Assembly: GCA_020635675.1 (NCBI GenBank)
Contig: JACJZJ010000001.1
Location: 128,184-192,183, forward strand
Length of the DNA: 64,000 bases
Direction of reading: 5' to 3'
Source: Flavobacteriales bacterium
GTDB lineage: Bacteria > Bacteroidota > Bacteroidia > Flavobacteriales_F > PHOS-HE28
The notes under the pieces: model-generated
The model's database searches: none
Told to the model about the DNA's origin: nothing
Seen by the model: only the letters and a program-made list of their open reading frames with translations
Shown here: positions 40,680-48,904 of the stretch, piece by piece
Position numbering within the stretch: the first letter of the stretch is position 1
Layout: each line of letters opens with the position of its first letter
Program-made: the position numbers and the translations under genes

Positions 40680-41963
40680 TCAATTCTGAAGGACCCTTCC
40701 GTTCCGCCAACTCTCCACGTTACGGTACCAGGCACCCTTCAGGGTCGGGTCGCGGTGCAGCACCATGTCGTTGTCGCTGAACGGTTCTTCACGTCGCTCG
40801 AATTCGAAAGTGAGCGACATGAGATTGTTCTCGTCGCCATAGATCCACCGCTCTCCCCGGGCGCTGCGGTAGATCACTGTAGGTGTGCCGAAGATGATAT
40901 GGACAAGCCCACGGTCCGTCCTCCAACCCTCCACCACGCTCGTGAAATATCGGTTGGCGCCTTCCACACGTCCGTAGTAGGCGTTGATCGCCTGACGGGC
41001 ACGTTCCCGGTCACCGGAGGCATCAAGCCAGAACTGTTCGACGGCCTTTCTCGGGTCTCCGGAGGTGGTGATCTTGTCGAATTCCTGCAATGAGGTGATG
41101 TACCGCAAGGGCAGGACCATGTCCGGACCGGTGGCGATGTATGGGTATCCCTGACCGAAAAGGAAAAGCGTGTATCCGGCCTCCTGCATTGTATCGGGCC
41201 TGAGGTGCACGAATCCATGGGTGCCGAAAGGGAGTAGGAATGTGCCATCGGGGTCCACCTGGACAACGAAGGTGCTGTCCGCGGATCGATCGATGGTGGG
41301 TGCCGGTTGAGTGGCGAAGACGGGTGCCGGAAGACGGATCTCCTGGTCGTAATAGGCGCCGTACAGTCTACGTCCGCTGTATTGGTCACAACGGATACGC
41401 ACGGTATCGGGGCCCACCAGGTGATCGTCGAACAGGGGAATGCCGTTCCGGGGATGCATGGGCAGGAAATCGTTCCGAACGCCGGCCCCGGTGCGATCGA
41501 CGGTCAGGACGATCGCCGTGCTCGTGCCGCGGTTCAGATCGGTGGCGGTGATCCGGAGGAAGAAGGTGCGACGGTCGTTCCGTTGCATTTCCATGCTGCC
41601 GATCAGCTCCTTGTCCTGTCGGGGGTCTTCCGCGCTGTCCTTTACGAAAGTGGACATGCTGTCGAGCAACTGCTTCATGTCGCGGTCGGCGAAGGCCTCA
41701 TAGCGCAGGTCCACGCGGGCCCGGAACGGTGCACCTTCACCATCGCTCTTGTACAGCAGGTCACGGGTGCGCAATTTGAAGTAGATGGTGCTATGGACGT
41801 CGGTACCGTTGAACACGCGTGCCCGCATATCGATCGAGCTGGCCTCTTGTCCATAGAGGTAGGCCATATTGTCCGCGGTTCGTGCGGGTGGGCGTGCGCT
41901 CCGGCATTGCCAGAGGAGCAGGGCGGTGGCCGCCAGGGCCAAATGAAGGCACTTCCGCGTCAT
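40680..41963 (-). CDS. GWxTD-domain lipoprotein
   Basis: 427 aa. It has a signal peptide with a Cys lipobox (ALLLWQC) and a C-terminal GWRTDRGLVHIIFG (GWxTD motif). Confidence 0.75.
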   Translation of the reverse strand: MTRKCLHLALAATALLLWQCRSARPPARTADNMAYLYGQEASSIDMRARVFNGTDVHSTIYFKLRTRDLLYKSDGEGAPFRARVDLRYEAFADRDMKQLLDSMSTFVKDSAEDPRQDKELIGSMEMQRNDRRTFFLRITATDLNRGTSTAIVLTVDRTGAGVRNDFLPMHPRNGIPLFDDHLVGPDTVRIRCDQYSGRRLYGAYYDQEIRLPAPVFATQPAPTIDRSADSTFVVQVDPDGTFLLPFGTHGFVHLRPDTMQEAGYTLFLFGQGYPYIATGPDMVLPLRYITSLQEFDKITTSGDPRKAVEQFWLDASGDRERARQAINAYYGRVEGANRYFTSVVEGWRTDRGLVHIIFGTPTVIYRSARGERWIYGDENNLMSLTFEFERREEPFSDNDMVLHRDPTLKGAWYRNVESWRNGRVLQN

Positions 41964-43291
41964 GGCAGCTGACGTTCCTCGTTCTCCTCCATTGCGCGCC
42001 CGAGAAGTTTTTCATCGATGGATCGGCTTGTCTTCGCTCCCAGCTGTTTGAGCATCTCCACCTGTCGGACCAGATTGCCGGTTCCCGAACTGAGCTTCTT
42101 CATCGCTTCCACGTACGTGCACTGCGCGGCGTTCAGCTGATGCCCCACCTTTTTCATGTCATCGGTGAATCCGACGAACTTCTCGTACAGCTTGCCGGCA
42201 CGATCGGCGATCTCCAGATGGTTCCGACTGATGCGTTCGTTCTTCCAGATGCTGGCCACGGTCCGCAGTGTGGCCATCAGCGTGGTGTGGCTCACCATCA
42301 CCACCTGGCGGTCATACGCTTCCTGGAAGATCTCCGGCCGCTCGCGCATGGCCAGCAGGAAAGCGGGTTCGATCGGCACGAACATCAGCACGAAGTCGAC
42401 GCTCTGAAGGCCGAACAGCTTTGTGTAGTCCTTGTCGGCCAGGCCTTTTGCATGGGTGCGGAGGCTGTCGATATGGAGTTTGAGCAGTCGCTCACGTTCC
42501 ACGGGATCTGCGCCAGAAGAGAACCGGTCATAGTGGACGAGCGAGACCTTGCTGTCGATGATGATGTGCTTGTCATCGGGTAGGTGCACCACGGCGTCCG
42601 GGCGCAACCGGGTGCCATCGCTCAGCGTCGTGCTCTCCTGCATGGTGAACTCTTCGCCCCTGACCAGGCCACTGCCCTCCAGGAGCTTTTCAAGGATCAT
42701 CTCGCCCCAGGCGCCTTGGGCCTGTGTGTCCCCCTTCAAGGCCTTGGTCAGGTCATTGGCCTCCTGGCTGAGGCGCTGGTTCTGTTCCACCAACTTCAGG
42801 ATCTCGCTCTTCAGCGTGTGGCGTTCCTTCCCTTCCGTCTCGTAGGCCTTTCGCACCTGCTCCTCGAAGTCGCGGATGCGATCACGCAAGGGGTCCAGAA
42901 GGATCTTCAGCGTCTCCTGCTGCCTTTCGTTCAGCTGCTTGCCTTTTTCCTCCAGCAACCGGTTCGAGACCAGTTTGAACTGGTCGAGCATCTGTTGTTT
43001 GCGTTCGTCCTGGGTGTTCTCCTGGTCTTTGAGCTTCTCCACCAACGCCTTGTTGCGCTCTTTTTCCGCGGCCAGTTCGGTGCTGAAGCGCAGCAGTTCC
43101 TCCCTGTCACCGGCTTGTTTCGCTTCCAGGTCGGCCTTTTCCGTCAGGTGAATGGCGCGTTCACGCTCCCGTTCCTGCTCCAATGATCGTCGGACCATGC
43201 CGTCCTCCACACGGAAGAAACGGTACATCACCCACGCGCCGATGACGGCACCGAGGACAAAGGGAAGAAGGGCAATGACCATGGTGTCCAC
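41960..43291 (-). CDS. rmuC: DNA recombination protein RmuC
   Basis: 443 aa with an N-terminal transmembrane helix, long coiled coils, and the conserved RmuC C-terminal region (...DAVVHLPDDKHIIIDSKVSL...). Confidence 0.85.
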   Translation of the reverse strand: MDTMVIALLPFVLGAVIGAWVMYRFFRVEDGMVRRSLEQERERERAIHLTEKADLEAKQAGDREELLRFSTELAAEKERNKALVEKLKDQENTQDERKQQMLDQFKLVSNRLLEEKGKQLNERQQETLKILLDPLRDRIRDFEEQVRKAYETEGKERHTLKSEILKLVEQNQRLSQEANDLTKALKGDTQAQGAWGEMILEKLLEGSGLVRGEEFTMQESTTLSDGTRLRPDAVVHLPDDKHIIIDSKVSLVHYDRFSSGADPVERERLLKLHIDSLRTHAKGLADKDYTKLFGLQSVDFVLMFVPIEPAFLLAMRERPEIFQEAYDRQVVMVSHTTLMATLRTVASIWKNERISRNHLEIADRAGKLYEKFVGFTDDMKKVGHQLNAAQCTYVEAMKKLSSGTGNLVRQVEMLKQLGAKTSRSIDEKLLGRAMEENEERQLP

Positions 43292-43324
43292 CTGAAGGCC
43301 CGAAGTTAGGTAGCACCTGCGCGT

Positions 43325-43945
43325 TCAGTTGTTCAGGACCACGACCAGCGTTCCGATATCGACCACGTCGAAGAGTGCGATGACGTCCCGGTTGCGCATG
43401 CGGATGCAGCCCATGGAGGATGGTCTTCCAAGGCTTCCCTCGTCGCCTGTTCCGTGGATGTAGATGTACCGGTCATGGCTATCCACGGATCCGCCCTGGT
43501 TCGAACCTGGTTCCAGGCCTTCCAGCCAAAGGATCCTTGACGTGATCACGTCCCTTGTGGCATCGGGATGTTTCAGATCGGCCACTTCACCGGTGAACTC
43601 ACGATCCTTCAGGACCCCACCGATCGGAACATCACCACCGATCTTCTCGGCCACGCGATGCAGGCCTTCGGGTGTGCGATAGCTGTCCTGCTCGGATCCG
43701 AGGCCTGCAGCAGCAGTTGAAATGAGGTGCTCCGATATCATCCGGCCGTGGCGAACATGGAACAGCCGTTGGCGAGCGACGGAGACATAGAGAATGTCCC
43801 CTTCCAGGTCCTGGTCCGGGTAGCGGGACACGAGATAGTCGATCAGCATGTCCGCAAGGCCCTGTTTCGGATGTTCGTTCGATGGCGCTGCGGAGAACGA
43901 GGGGAGCATCAAAAGGATCGTTCGGACAAGTGACGAGCGCCTCAT
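43325..43945 (-). CDS. L,D-transpeptidase (YkuD domain) family protein
   Basis: 206 aa. It has a signal peptide and the catalytic motif HGT...SMGCIRM. Confidence 0.8.
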   Translation of the reverse strand: MRRSSLVRTILLMLPSFSAAPSNEHPKQGLADMLIDYLVSRYPDQDLEGDILYVSVARQRLFHVRHGRMISEHLISTAAAGLGSEQDSYRTPEGLHRVAEKIGGDVPIGGVLKDREFTGEVADLKHPDATRDVITSRILWLEGLEPGSNQGGSVDSHDRYIYIHGTGDEGSLGRPSSMGCIRMRNRDVIALFDVVDIGTLVVVLNN

Positions 43946-43948
43946 TGT

Positions 43949-45658
43949 TCAGAATAGACTGGTGAACCCGAAATGCACTTTGCCGGAGCGGAAGGATATG
44001 GGCTGATCGAACTGACTGCCGAGCGCATAGGTGAGGCTGAAGATACCCGCTTTGGTCTCGAAGCTCGTGCCCAGACCGAAACCGATCGGCTCATCGGAAA
44101 GCACGGGGTCCCGGCTGCGATCCTCCCACCACCCCTGGTCCACGAACGCAAATACGTTCGAGTTCTCCTCCAGGAGCAAGCGGAACTCCAATGTGGCCAC
44201 CAGCCAACTGCTCGCATAGATGGACGCCTCATCGCTGCCGCGGAGGCTCTTGAGGCCACCGATCCGGAAGAGTTCATTGGTATAGAGCACATCGTTCACC
44301 ATAGTGCCACCGTTCGTGGCGATGCGGATCGTCCCGCGACGGCCGATGGCCAGGTGCAATACGGCATGTCCTGTCACCAGGTATTGAACGCTTCGACGCG
44401 TCACCGTCGATGTGGCGTCCGCGCTGTCCGGCAGGCTGCTCTCCTTCTCACCCACGGAACCCTCCAAGGCCAGCTGATAGCCTCGTCTTGGGTTGGGCCG
44501 GTAGTCCAGTCGGTCGCGCTCCATCCCAAGGCCGTAAGCCAATGTGCGCACATTGCCAAGACCAGGTGTCGTGACGGTCGTGCGGCCAAGGGTGCGCGAG
44601 GACCTGCTGTCGACGAATACGGAGAGCTTGTCGCCGTGGCGAAGTACGTAGTTCGCGCCTCCGCGACCGGTCACTTCCAGGAACGTGGTATCCCTCCGGA
44701 ACAATTGGAGGCCAAGGTCGAGTCCGAATGGCGTATTGAACACGTAGGGCACGGCGAGCCCGACCTTCAGGTCCTGGGTCCGGTCCTTCAGGCTCCGCCA
44801 ATTCAGGTCGATCGCTTCGCCACGCCTCAGCGCATTGCGGAGGTGCAGCTGTACATCGCCTGTGAACGCCACCTTTCCGGTCCCGGCATCCGGAAGTACG
44901 CCCAGTATCCCATTGATCGAACTCGCTTTCCGTGCATCAAGGAACAGGAATAGCTTGGTGATGTCCGGTGCGAACAATACATAGGGCTTTCGGCTCTGTA
45001 CGACAAAGGGGATCGCCTTGGTACGGTCGGTCACCCGGGCCACCTTCGTCTCATCGTAAAGGTCACCGGGGCGGATCCCCAGTTCCTGTTGGAGATAACG
45101 ATCCGCGATGTGGGCCGTACCCTTCACCAGGATGCTGTCGATGGTGATGAGCGGACCTTGATCCAGTACCACCGAGGCGGAAAGACCGTCGTCCGATGGT
45201 CGGAGATCGTTCAACCGCACCGAAGCGAACGGATGTCCGTTGTTCTCACAATGCTCCAGTAGTTCGTTGAGCGCGTGCACCAATTGACGCGGGGATATCG
45301 GGCGTCCGGCGAAGGTCCGTTCCTTCAGCCTTGTCCGTTGCGCGATCTCGTAGGGCACTCCGGACAGGTCCAGATCGGCCCATGCATATCGCGGGCCCAG
45401 GTGCACCTGGCAATAGGTGGTATCATTCCGCACGTGGCAGGTATCCACGGATGCCTCCAGGTACCCTCTCCCGTTCATCACCGACACCAGGTCGCGATGC
45501 CAACGCTCGACGTCCAAAGGTTCCTTCAACACGTGTGTCCGATCGAACGGATGGGGGAGTTCCTGTTCTGCTCGGAACCGGATCCAGGAACGTTGGGCTT
45601 CCACTGGCCCGAACAGACCGGCCCAAAGGACCAGAATGATGGAAATGGCGCGTGTCAT
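43949..45658 (-). CDS. Omp85 (BamA/TamA)-family outer membrane protein
   Basis: Signal peptide MTRAISIILVLWAGLFGPVEAQ, a POTRA-like N-terminal region, a beta-barrel with a C-terminal ...GKVHFGFTSLF, and 569 aa. The ORF-track start at 45988 is a 110-aa Arg-rich extension, and the ATG at 45658 overlaps the ung stop. Confidence 0.65.
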   Translation of the reverse strand: MTRAISIILVLWAGLFGPVEAQRSWIRFRAEQELPHPFDRTHVLKEPLDVERWHRDLVSVMNGRGYLEASVDTCHVRNDTTYCQVHLGPRYAWADLDLSGVPYEIAQRTRLKERTFAGRPISPRQLVHALNELLEHCENNGHPFASVRLNDLRPSDDGLSASVVLDQGPLITIDSILVKGTAHIADRYLQQELGIRPGDLYDETKVARVTDRTKAIPFVVQSRKPYVLFAPDITKLFLFLDARKASSINGILGVLPDAGTGKVAFTGDVQLHLRNALRRGEAIDLNWRSLKDRTQDLKVGLAVPYVFNTPFGLDLGLQLFRRDTTFLEVTGRGGANYVLRHGDKLSVFVDSRSSRTLGRTTVTTPGLGNVRTLAYGLGMERDRLDYRPNPRRGYQLALEGSVGEKESSLPDSADATSTVTRRSVQYLVTGHAVLHLAIGRRGTIRIATNGGTMVNDVLYTNELFRIGGLKSLRGSDEASIYASSWLVATLEFRLLLEENSNVFAFVDQGWWEDRSRDPVLSDEPIGFGLGTSFETKAGIFSLTYALGSQFDQPISFRSGKVHFGFTSLF

Positions 45659-46356
45659 GGCAGGCGCCAATCGATCGCAAGTCCACCGCTGGCTTGCAGG
45701 ATCTCGTTCGCGATCCGGAAATGGCCACAGCCGATGAAGCCACGATGCGCGGAGAGCGGTGAGGGGTGTGGAGCACGCAGGATGTAATGCCTGTCCACAT
45801 CGATCAGCGCGGCTTTTTTCTGTGCGTGGCTCCCCCATAGCAGGAACACTAGCCCCGATCGTTGCTCCGATAGGCACCGGATGGCCGCATCGGTGAAGGT
45901 CTCCCACCCATGTCCTTGGTGTGAGGCGGCGGCCCCCTCGCGCACGGTCAGGGTGGTATTCAGGAGTAGCACGCCCTGCTCGGCCCATGGGCTCAGGTCG
46001 CCCTGGGTGGGTGTTGGTATGCCCAGGTCACGCTCGATCTCCTTGAAAATGTTCTGGAGCGAGGGTGGGGGGCTCACACCGGCAGGAACGCTGAAGCACA
46101 GGCCATGTGCCTGACCGGCTCCGTGGTAGGGATCCTGACCCAGCAGCACGACGCGTACATTTTCGAATGAGGTGTGTGTGAAGGCATTGAAAATGTCCCG
46201 GCCGCGCGGATATACCCTGTAGCTGGCGCGCTCCTTCACGAGGAACGACCGGAGGTCCGCGAAATAGGGCTTGGCGAACTCGGGGCCGAGCATGGCGGTC
46301 CACCCGGTGCCAAGATCGGGCAGTGCGGCGGTGTTCGGATCGACTTCGTTCCCCAT
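45655..46356 (-). CDS. ung: uracil-DNA glycosylase
   Basis: The family-1 UDG motifs are present (...VVLLGQDPYHG...GVLLLNTTLTV...HPSPLSA...). ATG at 46356 gives 233 aa. The ORF-track GTG at 46410 is an alternative start. Confidence 0.9.
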   Translation of the reverse strand: MGNEVDPNTAALPDLGTGWTAMLGPEFAKPYFADLRSFLVKERASYRVYPRGRDIFNAFTHTSFENVRVVLLGQDPYHGAGQAHGLCFSVPAGVSPPPSLQNIFKEIERDLGIPTPTQGDLSPWAEQGVLLLNTTLTVREGAAASHQGHGWETFTDAAIRCLSEQRSGLVFLLWGSHAQKKAALIDVDRHYILRAPHPSPLSAHRGFIGCGHFRIANEILQASGGLAIDWRLP

Positions 46357-46430
46357 CTGTTCCGCGGCTGGAGCGAAAGATCGTCGATCCGATCGTTGAA
46401 ACATTTTCACTGATCGGACGTCTAAGCGGA

Positions 46431-46438
46431 TAACTTTG
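46431..46438 (+). promoter_or_regulatory. -7 box TAACTTTG upstream of the 42-aa lipoprotein ORF
   Basis: Matches the TAnnTTTG consensus and lies 56 nt upstream of the ATG at 46495. Confidence 0.4.
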
Positions 46439-46494
46439 GACGTCCTATCTTCGTTAAGCAGTAGGTCGATGTTCCCCAGTCAAACGGTCGAACG

Positions 46495-46623
46495 ATGAAA
46501 AAGCTCCTGTTGGTACTCGCTGTTCTGGTCACTGGCGCCATGATGCTGAGCTCGTGCAGCTCGGGTCATGCCTGTCCGGCCTACAGCAAGGTCCACAAGG
46601 TGCCTGCCGAGCGTCCGGCCTGA
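46495..46623 (+). CDS. small putative lipoprotein, 42 aa (below the ORF-track size cut-off)
   Basis: Hand translation gives MKKLLLVLAVLVTGAMMLSSCSSGHACPAYSKVHKVPAERPA*. The signal peptide has an LSSC lipobox. The ORF sits in a gap that otherwise holds only Arg-rich antisense-type ORFs, and it has its own -7 box. Confidence 0.45.
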   Translation: MKKLLLVLAVLVTGAMMLSSCSSGHACPAYSKVHKVPAERPA

Positions 46624-46693
46624 ACCGGCATTGGCACGGGCACGGATGGGTCCATTGACCCGGTACGGCCATGCTGTCCCTGTTCCGCCCTCT

Positions 46694-47101
46694 CTAGGTG
46701 TAGTGGAAGCGCATTTCCTGCACAAGGCCCTCCCGCAAGCTCAGGGCCACTGGACAGGTCCGTGCGGCTTCCTCGAGTTCGGCGCGAGCCGATGCATCAA
46801 GACCATCTCCGGACAACCGGATGTCGACCTCGATGCGGGCCACACGCCTCGGCGCGGATGCCATGTGCTTCGTGACCGTGGCATCCAGGGATCGTAGCGG
46901 ATAGTTCCCCTCCCTTGCGCGGATCCCAATGATCGTCATCATGCAGCAGGCCAGGGATGTGCTCATCAGATCGGTGGGTGAAAAGGCTTCGCCACGCCCC
47001 TGATTGTCCGGTGGGGCGTCAGTGATCAACGTGAGACCGCTTGATATATGGCGCGCTTCGGTGCGCAGGCCTCCAAGGTACCGGACGTGTGATGTTGGCA
47101 T
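46694..47101 (-). CDS. OsmC/Ohr-family peroxiredoxin-like protein
   Basis: 135 aa from MPTSHVRYLGG... OsmC-type conserved cysteines are present (...LACCMMTI... and ...ARTCPVALSL...). The ORF-track start at 47377 is over-extended. Confidence 0.7.
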   Translation of the reverse strand: MPTSHVRYLGGLRTEARHISSGLTLITDAPPDNQGRGEAFSPTDLMSTSLACCMMTIIGIRAREGNYPLRSLDATVTKHMASAPRRVARIEVDIRLSGDGLDASARAELEEAARTCPVALSLREGLVQEMRFHYT

Positions 47102-47131
47102 GTGCTGAACGGCCAAGGTAGTGCGGCTTCG

Positions 47132-47139
47132 TAGCTTTG
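47132..47139 (+). promoter_or_regulatory. -7 box TAGCTTTG upstream of the 47162 gene and lipA
   Basis: Matches the TAnnTTTG consensus and lies 22 nt before the ATG at 47162, implying a very short leader. Confidence 0.35.
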
Positions 47140-47161
47140 TGCGTTGTTCCTCGAACGGACC

Positions 47162-47908
47162 ATGCGCCCGCTCCTCGTTACGCTTCTGCTTGTCCTCGCC
47201 GTGGATGCCATCGCGCAACAAACGGTGTATGACGGGACCACCATCATCTACAAGAAGGAGCTGGAAGGGGGGTTGATCCTCCATGGTGATGGCTGGGGCC
47301 TGGATGTCTTCCATGGGAAGCACCGCACGGCAAGGTCCCGCCGGATGATCGGTGTGGAGATCGTGAGCATGAAGCATCCCAAGGAGATCAAGAGCTTCAA
47401 TCCCTATTATGAGGATTCCAGGGGCTATTTCTATGGCAAGCTCAATTCATTGCTTCTCATTCGCCCGACCTGGGGTCGCAAGGAGCTGCTCACGGACAAA
47501 TTGCGGAAGAGCGGCGTCGAAGTGAACTACCTCTGGGGTATCGGTGCGAGTATCGGATACCTGAAGCCCGTCTACTTGCAGATCGGCAAACCGGGGATCC
47601 CGTACGAGACGATCGATGTGGAACGGTACGATCCCTCACTGCACTATCCGGACGACATCTTCGGCCGGGCCTCCTGGTTCAAGGGGTTCGGAGAGGGAAG
47701 CTTCGTCACCGGAGCGTTCGCCCGGTTCGCGTTCAATTTCGAGTATTCCGGGAATGCCTCGGGGATCAAGGCCCTGGAGGCCGGCGCTTCCGTCGATGCC
47801 TTCCCGACCAAGGTGCCGGTCATGGCCGAATTGGACGGGGTCGAGAACAAACAGTTCTTCTTCGAGTTCTATGTCTCCCTGAAGTTCGGAAAGAAGTTCG
47901 TCCGATGA
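47162..47908 (+). CDS. hypothetical secreted, possibly outer-membrane protein, translationally coupled to lipA
   Basis: 248 aa from [19 protein letters not shown] (signal peptide). It is Gly/aromatic-rich with beta-strand-like segments. Its stop overlaps the lipA ATG (ATGA). Confidence 0.55.
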   Translation: MRPLLVTLLLVLAVDAIAQQTVYDGTTIIYKKELEGGLILHGDGWGLDVFHGKHRTARSRRMIGVEIVSMKHPKEIKSFNPYYEDSRGYFYGKLNSLLLIRPTWGRKELLTDKLRKSGVEVNYLWGIGASIGYLKPVYLQIGKPGIPYETIDVERYDPSLHYPDDIFGRASWFKGFGEGSFVTGAFARFAFNFEYSGNASGIKALEAGASVDAFPTKVPVMAELDGVENKQFFFEFYVSLKFGKKFVR

Positions 47909-48780
47909 AGGAGAACACGCCGGCCATCGGGAAGGGACCGCGCACCAGGAAACCGGATTGGCTGCGCGTAAAGCTGCCGACCGGCGAGAATTATCGAAAG
48001 GTGCGCGGTATCGTGGAGGACCATGGTCTGCACACCATCTGTCAGAGCGGCAATTGCCCGAACATGGGGGAGTGCTGGGGTGAGGGAACGGCCACGTTCA
48101 TGATCCTCGGCAACACGTGCACCCGGTCGTGCGGATTCTGCAGCGTAGCGACGGGACGACCGGAAGCGGTCGACCCCTTCGAACCGGCCAAGGTGGCGAG
48201 ATCCGTGGAGTTGATGGGTGTGAAGCACTGCGTGATCACTTCCGTGGACCGCGATGATCTGAAGGACGGAGGGGCGGATAGCTGGGCGCGCACCATCCGG
48301 GCAGTACGCAGGCGTTGCCCGAGTACGACGATGGAGACGCTCATCCCGGATTTCCGAGGGAAATGGGACGATCTGGGCATCGTGCTGGACGCGGCCCCTG
48401 ATGTATTGTCCCATAATCTGGAGACCGTGCGCCGACTCACGCGCCAGGTCCGTGTCCAGGCGAAGTACGATCGCAGCCTGGAAGTGCTGATGCGTGCGAA
48501 AAAGGCCGGCTTAAGGACCAAGAGCGGTATCATGCTCGGTCTGGGAGAGTCGGACCAGGAGGTGCTGGAGACCATGGACGACCTTCGCAGCGTGGAGGTG
48601 GACGTGATGACGCTGGGTCAGTATCTCCAACCCACGAAGGCGCATCTTCCCGTGCTGGAGTTCATTCCCCCGGAGCGGTTCGCATTCTTCCGGAAGGCCG
48701 GTCTGGACAAGGGATTCCGTTTTGTTGAAAGCGGCCCACTCGTGCGCTCGAGCTACCACGCGGAGCGACACGTGGTTTGA
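47905..48780 (+). CDS. lipA: lipoyl synthase
   Basis: 291 aa with the radical-SAM CxxxCxxC motif (CTRSCGFC) and the N-terminal auxiliary cluster cysteines ([13 protein letters not shown]). Confidence 0.95.
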   Translation: MKENTPAIGKGPRTRKPDWLRVKLPTGENYRKVRGIVEDHGLHTICQSGNCPNMGECWGEGTATFMILGNTCTRSCGFCSVATGRPEAVDPFEPAKVARSVELMGVKHCVITSVDRDDLKDGGADSWARTIRAVRRRCPSTTMETLIPDFRGKWDDLGIVLDAAPDVLSHNLETVRRLTRQVRVQAKYDRSLEVLMRAKKAGLRTKSGIMLGLGESDQEVLETMDDLRSVEVDVMTLGQYLQPTKAHLPVLEFIPPERFAFFRKAGLDKGFRFVESGPLVRSSYHAERHVV

Positions 48781-48866
48781 TCCTCCGCACTTCACGACGT
48801 AGCCCGGACCTGTGATCCAGGGCCACCGTATGACACAGGTCACCAACGAGCAATGGGGCGTGGGTG

Positions 48867-48874
48867 TATCTTTG
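48867..48874 (+). promoter_or_regulatory. -7 box TATCTTTG upstream of the BNR T9SS gene
   Basis: Matches the TAnnTTTG consensus and lies 30 nt before the ATG at 48905. Confidence 0.4.
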
Positions 48875-48904
48875 AGGTTCGTCATACAGCCCTAACAAGT
48901 TCCC

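Noticed and set aside
46624-46693. A possible bidirectional terminator between the convergent lipoprotein ORF and OsmC.
   Set aside because: It has only weak 5-bp stems (GGGTC...GACCC) and no U-tract, so I did not call it.
46480-46897. ORFs 46480..46725 (-) and 46568..46897 (+) in the ung-OsmC gap.
   Set aside because: They are Arg-rich with no signal or motif. The region is better explained by the 42-aa lipoprotein ORF plus the convergent OsmC 3' end.
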